This document shows positions 43,984-55,565 of a stretch of DNA of 64,000 nt, piece after piece. Under the pieces are notes generated by a model. That model was not told the origin of the DNA, ran no database searches, and saw nothing but the letters and a program-made list of their open reading frames with translations. The stretch spans positions 42,916 to 106,915 of the forward strand of contig CAWEYF010000006.1 of the NCBI GenBank assembly GCA_963813235.1. The letters are read 5' to 3'. Positions within the stretch are counted from its first letter, which is position 1; each line of letters opens with the position of its first letter. This DNA is from Candidatus Aminicenantes bacterium. Lineage in GTDB: Bacteria > Acidobacteriota > Aminicenantia > Aminicenantales > Saccharicenantaceae. Both the position numbers and the translations under genes were made by a program.

Positions 43984-44418
43984 TTAAAGGATGTCTTCCA
44001 GGATCTCGACAGCCGAGGCGATGAGCAGGGGACAGAGGTGATCGTGCAGCTTCCCGTCGGCGACGAGCTTCCGCCCCTCGGCCGTCCCGATGTCGCAGCC
44101 GAGGAGCTCCCGGCAGTCCAGGGCGCCGTGCCGGGCCCGGAAGCGCCGGACCAGCTCCTGGACGAGGGCGTAGGTACGCTCCTTGGCCGCCTCGTCTTCG
44201 GGCCGGGTCCGGCCGTGCTTCAGCCCGACGACCAAGATCGCGCCCGTCACGGCGCCGCACGTTTCGGCCAGACGGGCCATGCCGCCGCCGAACCCCTGAG
44301 CGAGCCTTAGGGCCGTCGCGACGGGCAATCCGTGGTCTTCGGCGAAAACCGCCGCGACCGCCTGGGAACAGCTGTACCCTTCCTTGAAAAGCCCGAGGGC
44401 CCGGTCCTTCCTGTTCAT
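43984..44418 (-). CDS. C_GCAxxG_C_C-family Cys-rich protein
   Basis: 144 aa: GYSCSQAV...ETCGAVTGA...CPLLIA pattern. Confidence 0.65.
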   Translation of the reverse strand: MNRKDRALGLFKEGYSCSQAVAAVFAEDHGLPVATALRLAQGFGGGMARLAETCGAVTGAILVVGLKHGRTRPEDEAAKERTYALVQELVRRFRARHGALDCRELLGCDIGTAEGRKLVADGKLHDHLCPLLIASAVEILEDIL

Positions 44419-46110
44419 TGTCGTCCTTCCTTCGCCCTTTCCCGAGCCGGGGGCTCCGCGATCATCTCCCGGGCGCTCTGCAGGGATGCCTCGGTGACCC
44501 GCGTTCCGGAGATCAGGCGGGCGATCTCCTCGACCCGGTCCTCCGCCCCCAGCTCCTGGACGGTCGTGAAGGTTCGCGACCGTTCGACCGACTTTTCGAC
44601 CCGAAAATGGTGTGCGGCGGACGCGGCGATCCGGGGAAGGTGCGTTATGCAGAGGACCTGATGCCGGCGGGCGAGGGACTTGAGCTTTTCGGCGACGGCC
44701 TCGGCCGTCCTTCCGCCGATCCCGGCGTCGATCTCGTCGAAGACGAGGGTCTTCGCGGGCTCGGCCCCCTTGCCCAGGGATCTCAAGGCCAGCATCACAC
44801 GGGAAAGCTCTCCCCCGGACGCGATCTTACGCAGGGGGCGGAGCTCTTCGCCGGGATTGGGCGAGATCAGGAATTCCACGTCGTCGGCCCCTTCGTCTCG
44901 TACGGAGGACAGGTCGGACAGGGAAGCCGGCGACGTCCTCACCTCCGCCCTGAACGCGGCCTTTTTCATGCCCAAAAGGGCGATCTCCTTCTCGACGAGT
45001 CTCTCGAGCTCCGGCGCCGCGGCCGGTCCGGAGGGTCGAAAGCCGGTGCGCGCTGTCGACGTAGGCCTTGAACCGCCCGGCGACCTCCCGGTCGAGCCCT
45101 TCGAGCCGCTCGCGGCCCGAAATGAGCTCTTTTTCCTCGGCCCTCGTCGCCTCGAGGTGGGCCAGGACCTCCGGGATCCCGGGCCCGTATTTCCGCTTGA
45201 GCTTGTCGATCGCGTCGAGCCGTTCCTCCACGGCTTCCAGGGATTCCGGCCCTCCCTGATTGCCGTCTTTGAACTGCAGCAGGCCGCGGGCGAGCTCTCC
45301 CAGCGTGATGGCGAATTCCTCGACGGTCCGCAGGGACGCCGGGACGGAGGCCTCGTACGGAGCGAGGTCCCGCAGGACGGCCTTGAGGCGGGAAAGGAGG
45401 GGAAGGAGGGATTCCTCCCCGGCGTAGCTCAGCTCGATCGCCTGGTCGATCAGGGAGGCGATCTTTCCGGCGTTCTTCAGGACCTCCCTTGTCTGGGAGA
45501 GGTCTTCGTCCTCCCCCGGCTTGAGTCCGGCCGCCTCGATCTCACGGATCTGGAACGCCAGGAGATCGAGCCTCTGCGCACGGTCCCGGCTCCGGGCCTC
45601 CAGGTCCTGCTTTTGGCGAAGGGCGGACCTCAGTTCCCGGGCCGCCCGGGCGACCTCATCCCTGAGGGCGGCCGCGTCCGCGAAAGCGTCCAGGTATCCG
45701 CGATGGTTCTCGATGTGCAGGAGGAAGACATGGTCGTTCTGGCCGTAGATGTCGGCGACGGCCGCCCCGGCGTCTTTGAGCGCGCGGGCCGGGACGAGGA
45801 TCCCGTTGATGTAGGCTTTCCCCGTCCCCTGCGCGGGGATCTGCCTCTGGACCAGGATCCCGTCGCCCTCGGATTCCGGGACGGGGAGGGGCCCCGGCGG
45901 GGCCTCGAACAGGGCTTCGACCGTGGCCTCGGAGGCGCCCGTCCGGACGTAATCCGGAGAGCCCTTCTCGCCGAGGAGGAGGCGGATGGCGTCGATGAGG
46001 ATGGATTTTCCGGCCCCGGTCTCGCCGGTCAGGACCGAGAACCCGCCGGCCAGCTCGAGCGTCAGGTCCTCGATGGTGGCAAGGTTCCGGACCCGCAGGA
46101 ACTTGATCAT
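44415..46110 (-). CDS. recN: DNA repair protein RecN with an apparent +1 frameshift near 45025
   Basis: ORF 44827..46110 carries the N-terminal Walker A (GETGAGKS) and coiled coils. ORF 44415..44975 carries the SMC signature (LSGGE-like ASGGELSRVMLAL) and Walker B. Junction is ...HRLSTLRT|AAAPELERLVEKEIALLGM. Confidence 0.85.
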
Positions 46111-46121
46111 GCCCCTTCGCG

Positions 46122-47519
46122 CTATTTTGTGGGCTTCAAGGCGTAGGGGGCCAGGGCCCTCTCGACGTTGATCCGGCCGAAGCCGATATAATTGTCGCGG
46201 CCCGGGAACGCGTCCGCGTTCACGTCGTCGGCGGAATACCGGATGATGTTCATGATCTCCCCGACCGTGAGCCAGGGCTTGAGGGTCTTGAGGAGCGCGG
46301 CCAGTCCGGAGACGTGGGGCGTTGCCATCGACGTGCCGTTGGCATAGACGTATGGGGCGAACCCTGCGGGGGTGTCCCAGGTCGGGTAAAGGCTCAGGAT
46401 GTCCACGCCCGGAGCGGCCACGTCGACCTCCGGGCCGATGTTGGAGAAGGCGGCCCGGGCATCATTGTAGTCCGTGGCGGCAACGGCCAGACAATAATCG
46501 TCGTAGGCCGCCGGGTAGAGAACGGGCCCGGCGTCATTTCCGGCCGCGGCCACGACGACCACGTTATGTTCGTTGGCGTATCTCAACGCCGCCAGGAGAT
46601 CGGTGTCGCGCGCATCGCCGCCGAGGCTGAGGTTGATGATCCCGACCCCCTGGTCGACGGCCCAATAGATGCCCAGGATCAGGGCCCCGTAATCCCCCTC
46701 GCCCGAGGCGGCCATGACCTTGCCGGGCAGGACGGCGCAGTCCCATCCGACCCCGGCGATCCCCAACTCGTTGTTGGTTTCCGCCGCGGCAATCCCGGCG
46801 ACATGGGTCCCGTGCCAGTGATCATCGCTCGCGTCGTTGTCGTTGTTGATGAAATCCTTTCCCGGGGACACGATCTTGTTCTTGATGTCGGGGTGAGTCA
46901 ATTCGACGCCGGTATCCAGGATGGCGATGATGACGCCGGAGCTTCCCTTGGTCTGGCCCCATCCCCCCGTGGCGCTGATGTCGGCGCCGGCCTTGCCCTG
47001 AGGCCGGTCGGGGAGGTCGTCGAGCACCTGGCCCGAATTGGATAGGGCGTACTGGTCGCCGAAGTACTTGTCGTTCGGCCTGACGGCGATGCGGGTGATC
47101 GGGTCCAGCCTCGCGACGGCCACGTCGGGGTTGCGGTTGAGAGCCGAAATGAACCCGGCCGCGGTGACGCCTTTCGGGACGGCAACCACGCGGAGAGCGA
47201 CGCCGGGGACGGAGGCGATCGTCGAGGAACCGTAGGCTTCGAGCAGCGGCCCGACGCTCCGGGCGGCGAGGCCCGGACGGAACTTGACGATGACCCGGTC
47301 CTCGGCGAACCGGCGCCCGCTCGGGGCGGGGATGTCCGCCCGCCCGAGGGTGCGGAACCTCGGGGCGTCGCTCCGGGGGGTGGCGCTCCGGACCTGCCTG
47401 CGTTCCCGGGGAGGGTCGGATACAAAGCCCAGAGTCCATCGGCTGATGAGGACGAGAGCCGCGAAGGCCAGGACGATCACCGGCGCCTTAAGGACGCCTC
47501 TTTTTCTAAGCCGTTTCAT
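46122..47519 (-). CDS. secreted S8-family subtilisin-like serine peptidase
   Basis: Signal peptide and the Asp/His/Ser triad regions (AILDTG, HGTHVAG, GTSMATPHVSG). Confidence 0.85.
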   Translation of the reverse strand: MKRLRKRGVLKAPVIVLAFAALVLISRWTLGFVSDPPRERRQVRSATPRSDAPRFRTLGRADIPAPSGRRFAEDRVIVKFRPGLAARSVGPLLEAYGSSTIASVPGVALRVVAVPKGVTAAGFISALNRNPDVAVARLDPITRIAVRPNDKYFGDQYALSNSGQVLDDLPDRPQGKAGADISATGGWGQTKGSSGVIIAILDTGVELTHPDIKNKIVSPGKDFINNDNDASDDHWHGTHVAGIAAAETNNELGIAGVGWDCAVLPGKVMAASGEGDYGALILGIYWAVDQGVGIINLSLGGDARDTDLLAALRYANEHNVVVVAAAGNDAGPVLYPAAYDDYCLAVAATDYNDARAAFSNIGPEVDVAAPGVDILSLYPTWDTPAGFAPYVYANGTSMATPHVSGLAALLKTLKPWLTVGEIMNIIRYSADDVNADAFPGRDNYIGFGRINVERALAPYALKPTK

Positions 47520-47537
47520 GTGTGCCTCCTCAAAGCT

Positions 47538-48317
47538 CTAGAATCCGTAGAGAAGCCGGACGGTCGCGCCGAGGTCGGAGCCGCCCTTGACGGGGATGAT
47601 CCCGACCTCTCCATCGACGACGATGCGGTGCCCGAGCTCCCAGGACGCCCCCAGGGCGACGCGCAACAGGCCTTTCTGAGAGAGCTTCCGGACCTGCGTC
47701 CCTTTGAGATCCCCGAGGGTCTCCGTCATCCGGAAATCCCCGTGGAACCAGTTCAGCGACACGCCCAGATAGGGCGTGAAGTTCCTGTAGGCCTTATAGG
47801 CCAGGGTCGGGCCGATCTCGAGCTCGGACCATTTCGGCTTTCCAACGACCTCACCGGCCACGGTGAACCCTTCGATGGGCCAGGTCTTTGTCGGCCCTGT
47901 AAAGATGACGTATCTCGCCCGTGCTCCCATCTCAAAGTCCCCAAAAGCGTACAGGATTTTCCGGACCCCGGCGCCGAAGACGAACCCCCGGACCTTCCCC
48001 CCCTGATAGTCGAGCGAGATCGGGAGGTTCCTAAAAACCGTTCCCCGAGGGTCGGTAGACGCCATCCCGCCGAAGAGACTTATGTTGAACCCGCGCGGGA
48101 AGGTCAGGTCCAGGGCGAGGCCCGCCACGCGGGTTTTGATCTTAGTCGTGTCGGTCCCCTTGTCCCATCGGACGGTCCGGTCCGCGAACCCGCCCTGAAG
48201 GCCCGCGCTCAGAGTCACGTTGCCGAACAGTCCCTTTCCGGGAGTCCGGGCCGACGCGGTCCCGGCGAGGATCGCGCAGGCGGCCAGGGCGACGAACGTC
48301 TTCAAAGTTCTCTTCAT
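47538..48317 (-). CDS. outer-membrane beta-barrel protein
   Basis: Signal peptide MKRTLKTFVALAACAILAGTASA, alternating amphipathic strands, C-terminal ...RLLYGF. Confidence 0.5.
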   Translation of the reverse strand: MKRTLKTFVALAACAILAGTASARTPGKGLFGNVTLSAGLQGGFADRTVRWDKGTDTTKIKTRVAGLALDLTFPRGFNISLFGGMASTDPRGTVFRNLPISLDYQGGKVRGFVFGAGVRKILYAFGDFEMGARARYVIFTGPTKTWPIEGFTVAGEVVGKPKWSELEIGPTLAYKAYRNFTPYLGVSLNWFHGDFRMTETLGDLKGTQVRKLSQKGLLRVALGASWELGHRIVVDGEVGIIPVKGGSDLGATVRLLYGF

Positions 48318-48336
48318 CGATGCCTCCTCGGAAGCT

Positions 48337-49137
48337 TCATTTCTTGACCTGGGCCAGGGCCTCGATCGCCTTGAGCCGCTCCTGGGCCTTCTTCGCGAAC
48401 TCGCTTTTCGGATGATCCGTGATGAGCTTGGTGAAATAGGGAGCGCCCTGGTCGGCTTTGTTCCAAAGGAAATAGGAATCCCCGAGATAGAAGTAGACGG
48501 CGTCCATCTTCGAGAACCCGGGGTAGGTCGTCAGGATCTCGTTCAGCCGGCTCGTCGCGGCCTTGAAGGCCTTGACCCGGTGATAGTGCTTGCCGATGGT
48601 CAAGGTATGCTCGGCCAGCCGCTCCTCGCAATCCTTGATCTTGTCCTGGGCGGTCTTGGCCTGATCGCTCGCCGGATAGGCCGTGACGACCTTCTTGAAT
48701 TCGGCCAGCGCCTGGACGGTCTTGGTCTGGTCGCGCCCCGGCTTCAGGGCTTTGCCGAAGAAGGTCATGCCGATCTGATACTGGCAGTAGGCCGCCGAGG
48801 GGCTGTAGGGATAGAGGTTGATGAATTCCCGGTATTCGGCCGCGGCGAGGATCATGTTGCCCTCGTCACCCTTCCTGAAGTAGGCGTCGGCGATGAGGAG
48901 CTTGGCTCTCTGGGCATAGAAGCTCTTGGGGAAGGAATCGATGACCTGCCTGAGGTAGAGGAGGGCCTTCTCGGTGTCCTTTTTCATCACCGCCTCGCCG
49001 AGCTTGAACAGGGCCTCGTCGGAGGAGGCGATGTCGGGCGCGACCTCGACCTTCTTCCCCCTGCAGGCGGGCAGGGCGAGGCAGAGGGCGATGCCCAGGG
49101 CGATCGCGAAGCGGGTCGTTCGTGCTGTCGGTATCAT
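48337..49137 (-). CDS. bamD: outer-membrane protein assembly factor BamD (TPR lipoprotein)
   Basis: Lipobox LCLALPAC, TPR repeats, and the BamD-like pattern ...AEYREFINLYPYSPSAAYCQYQIGMTFF... Start trimmed to the ATG at 49137. Confidence 0.7.
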   Translation of the reverse strand: MIPTARTTRFAIALGIALCLALPACRGKKVEVAPDIASSDEALFKLGEAVMKKDTEKALLYLRQVIDSFPKSFYAQRAKLLIADAYFRKGDEGNMILAAAEYREFINLYPYSPSAAYCQYQIGMTFFGKALKPGRDQTKTVQALAEFKKVVTAYPASDQAKTAQDKIKDCEERLAEHTLTIGKHYHRVKAFKAATSRLNEILTTYPGFSKMDAVYFYLGDSYFLWNKADQGAPYFTKLITDHPKSEFAKKAQERLKAIEALAQVKK

Positions 49138-50107
49138 TGTGGAGTCCTCTCCGTTCAGGAAGAATAGAGTCTCGCGGACCCAGAGCCACTCCTGCCGGAG
49201 CCCGTCCTCGAGCTCGGTCCCCGGGGAGTAAGCCAGGTCCCTCCGCGCCTTCGCGATGTCGGCCCAGGTGTCGGGGACGTCCCCTTTCTGGCGGTCGGCC
49301 CATCGGACCCGCGCCGTGGCCCGGCTGACGCCCTCCATGACGCCGGATGACGTCGGCCAGCGTCCTGCGGTGACCGCCGCCGATGTTGTAGATCTCCCCG
49401 GGCCGTCCCGAATCCAGCGCGGCCAGGTTGGCCCGGACGATGTCGTCGACGAACGTGAAGTCCCGGGTCTGGCGGCCGTCCCCGAAGACGGTGATCTCCC
49501 GGTCCTCGGCCAGGGCCTTGAAGAACTTGTGGAAGGCCATGTCGGGCCGCTGCGAGGGCCCGTAGACCGTGAAGAACCGGAGGGAGACGGCCGGCACGCC
49601 GAAGTTCTTGAAGTACAGGAAACAGAGCTGTTCGGCCGCGAGCTTGGTGACCCCGTACGGGGAAAGCGGCTGGAGCGGGATTCGTTTCCGCCATCGGGAG
49701 GACCGGCGTCAGGCCGTAGACCGATGACGACGACGCGATAGATGAACTTCTTGAGCGCCGCCGTCCCTGGAGGCTTCGAGCAGCTTCTGGGTCACCTGGA
49801 TGTTGTTCCGGGTGTAGATGTCGAAGTTGCGGCCCCAGCTCGCCCGGACGCCGGCCTGGGCCGCGAGGTGGAAGACCGCGTCCGCGCCCGCCGAGGACGC
49901 GGCCGAGGTCCAGCGCGTCCAGGTCCTTCTCCAGGAGCTCGAACCCCGGTTCCGTCGCGCAGGGAGGCGATGTTCCGTTCCTTGATCCACCTCGGGTAGT
50001 AGTCCGTGAACGCGTCGATCCCGGTGACGACGTGGCCGTCCGGCGAGGAGCTCCCGGCACAGGTTCGAGCCGATGAACCCGGCCGCGCCCGTGACGACGA
50101 TCTTCAT
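49138..50107 (-). pseudogene. NAD-dependent epimerase/dehydratase shredded by multiple frameshifts
   Basis: [16 protein letters not shown] (start about 50107), ...[12 protein letters not shown]..., ...SSSVYG..., ...[16 protein letters not shown]... and ...[11 protein letters not shown] lie collinear but alternate among 3 frames (ORFs 49709.., 49155.., 48866.., 48337..). Confidence 0.55.
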
Positions 50108-50109
50108 GG

Positions 50110-50789
50110 CCGTCGTGCCCCGCCGCGCATGCGCCGGCCGTTTCCTTCATCCGGCGGATCACGGCGGCCGGGTCGGGGGCCGCGAAGATGGCCGAGCCGA
50201 CGACGAGGACGTCCGCGCCGTCTGCGACGAGGTCCTCCAAGTTGTCCGGGTTGATCCCGCCGTCGACCTCGATGAGGACGTCGAGGCCGCGCTCCCGGAT
50301 CCGCGCCCCGAGCGCCCGGATCTTCTCCCGGGAGGCAGGGGATGAACTTCTGGCCGCCCCAGCCGGGGTTGACGGACATGAGAAGGACGAAATCGAGGTC
50401 CGGGAGGATCTCCTCGAGCATGGCGATGGGGGTCGCGGGATTGAGGGCCAGGCCCGCCTTGCGGCCGAGTTCCTGGACGAGGGTGACGTCCTTGTGGAGG
50501 TGGGCGGAGGCTTCCAGATGGAAGGAGATCCAATCGGCGCCCGCCTCGATGAAGAGCGGGGATGAAGGACCGCGGTTCCTCGACCATGAGGTGGACGTCC
50601 AGCGGGAGGCGGGTCTTTTCCTGCAGGGAGGCCACGAGCTGGGGGCCCGAGGGTCAGGTTGGGGACGAAGTGCCCGTCCATGACGTCGATATGGATGAGG
50701 TCGGCTCCGGCCTTCTCGGCCGACCGCGACGGCCTCGCCGATGCGGGCGAAGTCGGCCGAAAGGATGGAGGGGGCGATGAGAGCCATCA
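50110..50789 (-). pseudogene. rpe: ribulose-phosphate 3-epimerase shredded by multiple frameshifts
   Basis: [55 protein letters not shown]...[15 protein letters not shown] and [28 protein letters not shown] are found in order across different frames. Confidence 0.55.
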
Positions 50790-51509
50790 GCGGCTGACCT
50801 CCAGGGTGATCGAGGTTCCTTTTCTGGATCCTGTACCCGTTCGGGGGGGATTGCTTGATGATGACGCCCTTGCCGAGCCCGGGGTAATAGCTGTAGCGGA
50901 TGTCGCCGATCTTGAAATCGAGCTCGTGCAGGCGGGCGATGACGACTCGCGCGTCCCGGCCGATCAGGTCCGGCATGACATAGCGCTCCTCCCGGTCGCC
51001 CTGGCTGACGAGGAGCCCGACGGCCGAATTCCGCTCGGCCGGCTCCGCCGCCTGGGGCCTCTGGGCGAGGATCTTGCCGGCCGCGGCCCGGGGCGTGTGG
51101 ATCTGGGTGAGCATTGCCCTTGAAAAGACCCGAGTCCTTGAGGAGCGGCATGGCGGCTTCGAGGCTCCGGCCTTCGAGGGCCGGGAACGGCGACCTTCCG
51201 GCTTCCCGAGCTGATGACGACCTGGACGACCTTGGTCACGCGGATCTTGGAGCCCGGGCGCCGGGTCCTGGCGGACGATTCGCCCCGTTTCCCAGGCGTC
51301 GTTCGAACTCGGTCCCCAGCCTGGGCGAGGCCGAGGTCCTTTTTCTCGAGGAGGGCCTTGGCCTCGGCGACGGTCTTCCCGGCGAGGTCGGGGACCGATA
51401 CGGTCTCGCCCTTCAGGATGATCTGGGAGAAGACGACCGCGCTCAGGAAGAAGAGGTTGCCGAAAGCCAGGGCGTATATCGCAATATTAATCAGGTTCTT
51501 CTTGGACAT
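50787..51509 (-). pseudogene. PASTA-domain membrane protein, frameshifted
   Basis: N-terminal TM plus a first PASTA-like segment (VSVPDLAGKTVAEAKALLEKKDLGL) in one frame, and a second PASTA (VMPDLIGRDARVVIARLHELDFKIGDIRY) in another. Stop overlaps the rpe start. Confidence 0.45.
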
Positions 51510-51676
51510 GCGACGGTTTCAAGGGATCCAGGTACGAGAATATCTATACCATAGAACCAGAACCAAGTAAACCGGCCGAACGTTGCCCGGAACGACCGTG
51601 AAGTCGCCCCGCGGTACTTCGCTCTTTCCCCGCGGGACCGGCTGGGATATAATGCGTCTTTCAAGGGAGAACGAAC

Positions 51677-52713
51677 ATGACGACCTGTTCCGATTTCCGG
51701 AGCGACACCGTGACGCGGCCGACCGATAAGATGAGGAAGGCCATGGCCGAGGCCGTGGTCGGGGACGACGTCCTCGGCGACGACCCGACCGTCCAGAAGC
51801 TCGAGGCGCTGGCCGCCGAGACCATGGGCAAGGAGGCCGCGCTCTTCTGCCCGTCCGGGACGATGGCGAATTCCATCGCCGTGAAGATGTGGACGGGCGC
51901 CCTCGAGGAGGTCATCGTCGAGGAGAGGTCCCATATCTACAACATGGAATCGACGCACATGACCTTTATATCGGGCGTCACGCCGCGCCCGGTCCGTTCG
52001 AACCGGGGCGTCATGGACCCGGAGGACGTCCGGGCCGCGATCCGCAAGCCCAACGTCCACACGCCCAGGACCTCCCTGATCTGCCTCGAGAACACCAACA
52101 ACAACTGGAGCGGAGCGGTCGTTCCGCTCGAGAACTTTCAGGCCATCAGGAAGGTGGCGGACGCGAACGAGCCTGAAGGTGCACCTGGACGGCGCCCGGA
52201 TCTTCAACGCGAGCCACGCCTCCGGCGTCCCGGTCAAAGAATACGCAAATTGCGTCGACTCGATGATGTTCTGCCTGTCCAAGGGGCTCTCGGCCCCGGC
52301 CGGCTCGATGCTCGTCGCGGACAGGGCGCGCATCGATTATGGCCGCCGCATCCGCAAGGCACTCGGCGGCGGGATGCGCCAGGTCGGCGTCCTGGCGGCT
52401 CCCGGGATCATCGCCTTGACCGAGATGCCGCCGCAGCTCAAGGAGGACAACGAAAGGGCCGGACGGCTGGCCCGGGCCATCCACGGCCTTCCGGGCATCA
52501 TCATCGACCCCGCCATTGTCCACACGAACATCGTCTTCTTCGACTTCAAACATCCGCGGCTCGACCATCCCCGAGTTCCTGGCCAAATTGAAGGAGAAGG
52601 GCGTCCTCGCCCTTTCGCTTCCCGGCGGCATCCGTTTCGTCACGCACAAGGACGTCGACGACGGGGATGTCGACCGGGCCGTTGCGGCGTTCCGGGAGAT
52701 CCTGGGGGGCTGA
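51677..52713 (+). CDS. ltaE: low-specificity L-threonine aldolase with two apparent frameshifts (about 52170 and about 52557)
   Basis: PLP-fold pattern RSDTVTRPT...GTMANSIAV..., then [13 protein letters not shown] (frame 2), then C-terminus [19 protein letters not shown] (frame 1). The second shift sits in an A3 run. Confidence 0.8.
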
Positions 52714-52751
52714 CCTCGGTCCATACAGACTTGAAAAGAAAGGGGGGAACC

Positions 52752-53532
52752 ATGATTTGCCGTCAGATATTGAGATCTTTTGCGGCGCTCGTCCTCGCGG
52801 GAGCGGTGGCGGGCGCGGCTTGGGCGCAGGCAACCGCCGGGCCTTCGGACGAGCAGGTGAAGGAGCGGCTATCCTATCTGGAGAACGCCCTGAGCTCCGC
52901 CCGACCGGCGGCCCGGGCCTGGTGGTACGGTTGGATTTCGGCCTACTCCGCCGGGACCGTCGTCCAATGGAGTCTTGCGGGCGCCCATTGGAACGACACC
53001 AAACCGGCTGGACGACTCTCCGGGCGCGCGGCGGGTCAGGGACCGGGGCTTTGCTGAGGACATGCTCGTGGGCGGCGCGACGACGGCACTCGGCCTCGGA
53101 GGCCTGTTGATCGATCCCTTCGTCCCCGCGTACGGCTCGAACGCGTTGAAACGCCTGCCGGAAGCGACGCCGGAGGAGCGCCGGGCCAAGCTTCTCCGGG
53201 CCGAGGAGATCCTCCGGCAATGCGCCGCGCGGGAGAAAAAGGGGAGGGGCCTGACGACCCATCTCCTGAACCTCGGCGTCAACGCCGCGGCCGGGATCGT
53301 GACGGCGGCGGCCTTCCATCGGCCATGGACCGACGGGCTTGCGACCTTCGCCGCCGGCGAGGCCGTCTCGCTCCTCACCATCTTCACCCAGCCGCGCCGG
53401 GCGATCCGGGACCTGAGGGAATACGAAGCCCTGGTCCAGGGGGGAGACGGCGCCCTCGCGAGCGCGCCGCCCGGGCGGGATCTGTACTTCGGCCTCTCTC
53501 CGCGCGGGATCAGCCTGGGATTGCGGTTCTAG
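52752..53532 (+). CDS. hypothetical secreted protein with an apparent frameshift near 53000
   Basis: Signal peptide [25 protein letters not shown]. Continues in frame 1 to ...GISLGLRF. No recognisable domain. Confidence 0.35.
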
Positions 53533-55337
53533 CCAGGTTCTCGGCGACGATCTGGGCGATGTCCTTGACCTGAATATCGGTCCGGTCCTTGTCCTTGAGC
53601 CCGTCCTTGAGCATCGTCAGGCAGAACGGGCACGCGGCGGCCGCGAGGCCGGCGCCCGAGGCGATGATCGCCTCCGTCCTCATGTGATTGATCCGGGTGC
53701 CGAGCGACTCCTCGGTCCACATCAGCCCGCCGCCCGCGCCGCAGCAGAAGCTGTGCTCGCGATTGTCCCGGAGCTCTTTGGCGCGGCCACCCAAGGCACG
53801 CGCGAGAATCTCTCTGGGAGGATCGAGGACCCCATTGTGGCGGCCCAGGTAGCACGGATCGTGGAAGGTGAAGGACGCCGACCGCGCCCGGCTCCCGGGG
53901 CCGGAGCTTGAGCGCGCCCGTTTCGACCAGCCGGGCGATGAGCTCGACGTGGGAGACGACCTCGACGGACTTGAGCGCGGCCTTTTCCGCGTCCGTAACG
54001 CCGGGCATCCGGTCCACGAGCCCGGGGTACTCGTTCTTGAACGTGTTGAAGCCGTGCGGGCAGATGGTCACGATCTTCCGGACCCCGTACTTTCGGAAGA
54101 TCTCCAGGTTCTCCAGGGCGAGCGTCTGGAATAGATATTCGTTCCCCAGCCGTCGAGCCGAATCGCCGCAGCATTTCTCTTCGGTCCCGAGGACGGCAAA
54201 GTCCGTCCCGGCCGCTTTCAGAAGCGCCGCCGTCGCAATCGCGATCTTCTTCCCCTCGTCGTCGAACGAACCCATACAGCCAACCCAGAACAGGAATTCG
54301 GCCCGCGGCTTGTCCTTGAGCAACGGGACGTCAAGCCCCTCCATCCAATCGCCCCTCTTCGAGGACCCGAGTCCCCAGGGGTTGGAATTGGTCTCGATGT
54401 TCCGGAAGAAGGGCGTAAGCTCCGTCGGGAACTTGCTCTCCATGAGGACCCGGGCCTGCCGGAGCCCGACGATCTTCGGGATGTGCTCGATCTCGACGGG
54501 GCAGACGTGCATGCAGGCCCCGCAGGTCGTGCAGGTCCAAGCCTCGCCCTCGGTGACGGTCCCGGGGACGAGCGGCTCCAGATCATCGGCCTTCTTGGCG
54601 ACGATGGCGGCGTGGTTCCCGAGGAGGTGCTTTTCCAGGTTGACCAGGATCATCTTCGGCGACAGCGGCTTTCCGCTGGCGAAGGCCGGACAGGCATCCT
54701 GGCACCTCCCGCACTCCATGCACGCGAATGTGTCCAGGTTGTCCTTCCATGACAGGTCCGTCGCCCGCCCGAGGCCGAAGCTTTCCGAGTTCTCGAGGTC
54801 GAGCGGGGTGAGCGCCCCGCTGGGCTCGTTCCGCCGGAAGAAGAGGTTGATCGGCCCTGTGAACATGTGGAGGTATTTCGAATGCGGCACGTAGGCGATG
54901 AATCCATAGACGAGGATTATGTGCAGCCACCAGGAGAATCGGAAGTGCGCTCCGAGCGCCGCCGCGCCGGTCCCGGCCGGGAATTGGGCCGCGAGGAAAC
55001 GGCCGAGGAACGAGAGCCGGACCGTCTCCGGGTGGAAGGCCACGGCCGACGCCTCGAAATAGAGGTAGCTCAGCGTGACCAGGACGATGAACGCATAGAT
55101 AAGGGCGGAGTCCACCGGCGTGGTCGCATAGGCCTTGGGCCTGACGATGAATCGCCGGACGGCGAAGAACAGGACCCCGACGAGGACCAGGATCGCGGCC
55201 GTGTCCACGAGGAACGAGACGAAGAGGCCGAACCCGCCCCTCCCGAAGAGATAGAACCCGTCGAAGAACCCCTCGAGCGTGTGGTTGACGGTCATGATGT
55301 CGAACGTGAGCGCCCCGTAGAAGATGAAGACGTGCAT
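53510..55337 (-). CDS. membrane-bound Fe-S oxidoreductase with an apparent frameshift near 53870 (NarI-like cytochrome b N-terminus plus HdrD/DsrK-like 4Fe-4S and CCG domains)
   Basis: 5 TM helices with His residues. Two ferredoxin-type CxxCxxCxxxCP motifs (CMECGRCQDACP, CTTCGACMHVCP). CCG-domain motifs (WVGCMGSFD...CCGDS; FHDPCYLGRHNG...CCGAGGG...CPFCLTML) recovered after a frame correction at ...PGAVGV|FHDPCY. Confidence 0.7.
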
Positions 55338-55565
55338 GAATCCCGTGAACAGGCGTTCGTCCTTGAGCGTGCACCGCTGGAGGAGGACCTTGGACAGGGC
55401 CCGCAGCGGCCCGCTTCAAGATGCCGTCGAACCGGAGCTCGGGCCTCCCGGCCAAGACGATCCGGAAGCGGCGCCAGAGGGGCGTCAGGAACGCCCAGGC
55501 CGTGGCCAGGATGACGACCGCGAAGACGATCTTTTCCGAGCGTCGACAGCATGGGCCCTCCTCGC

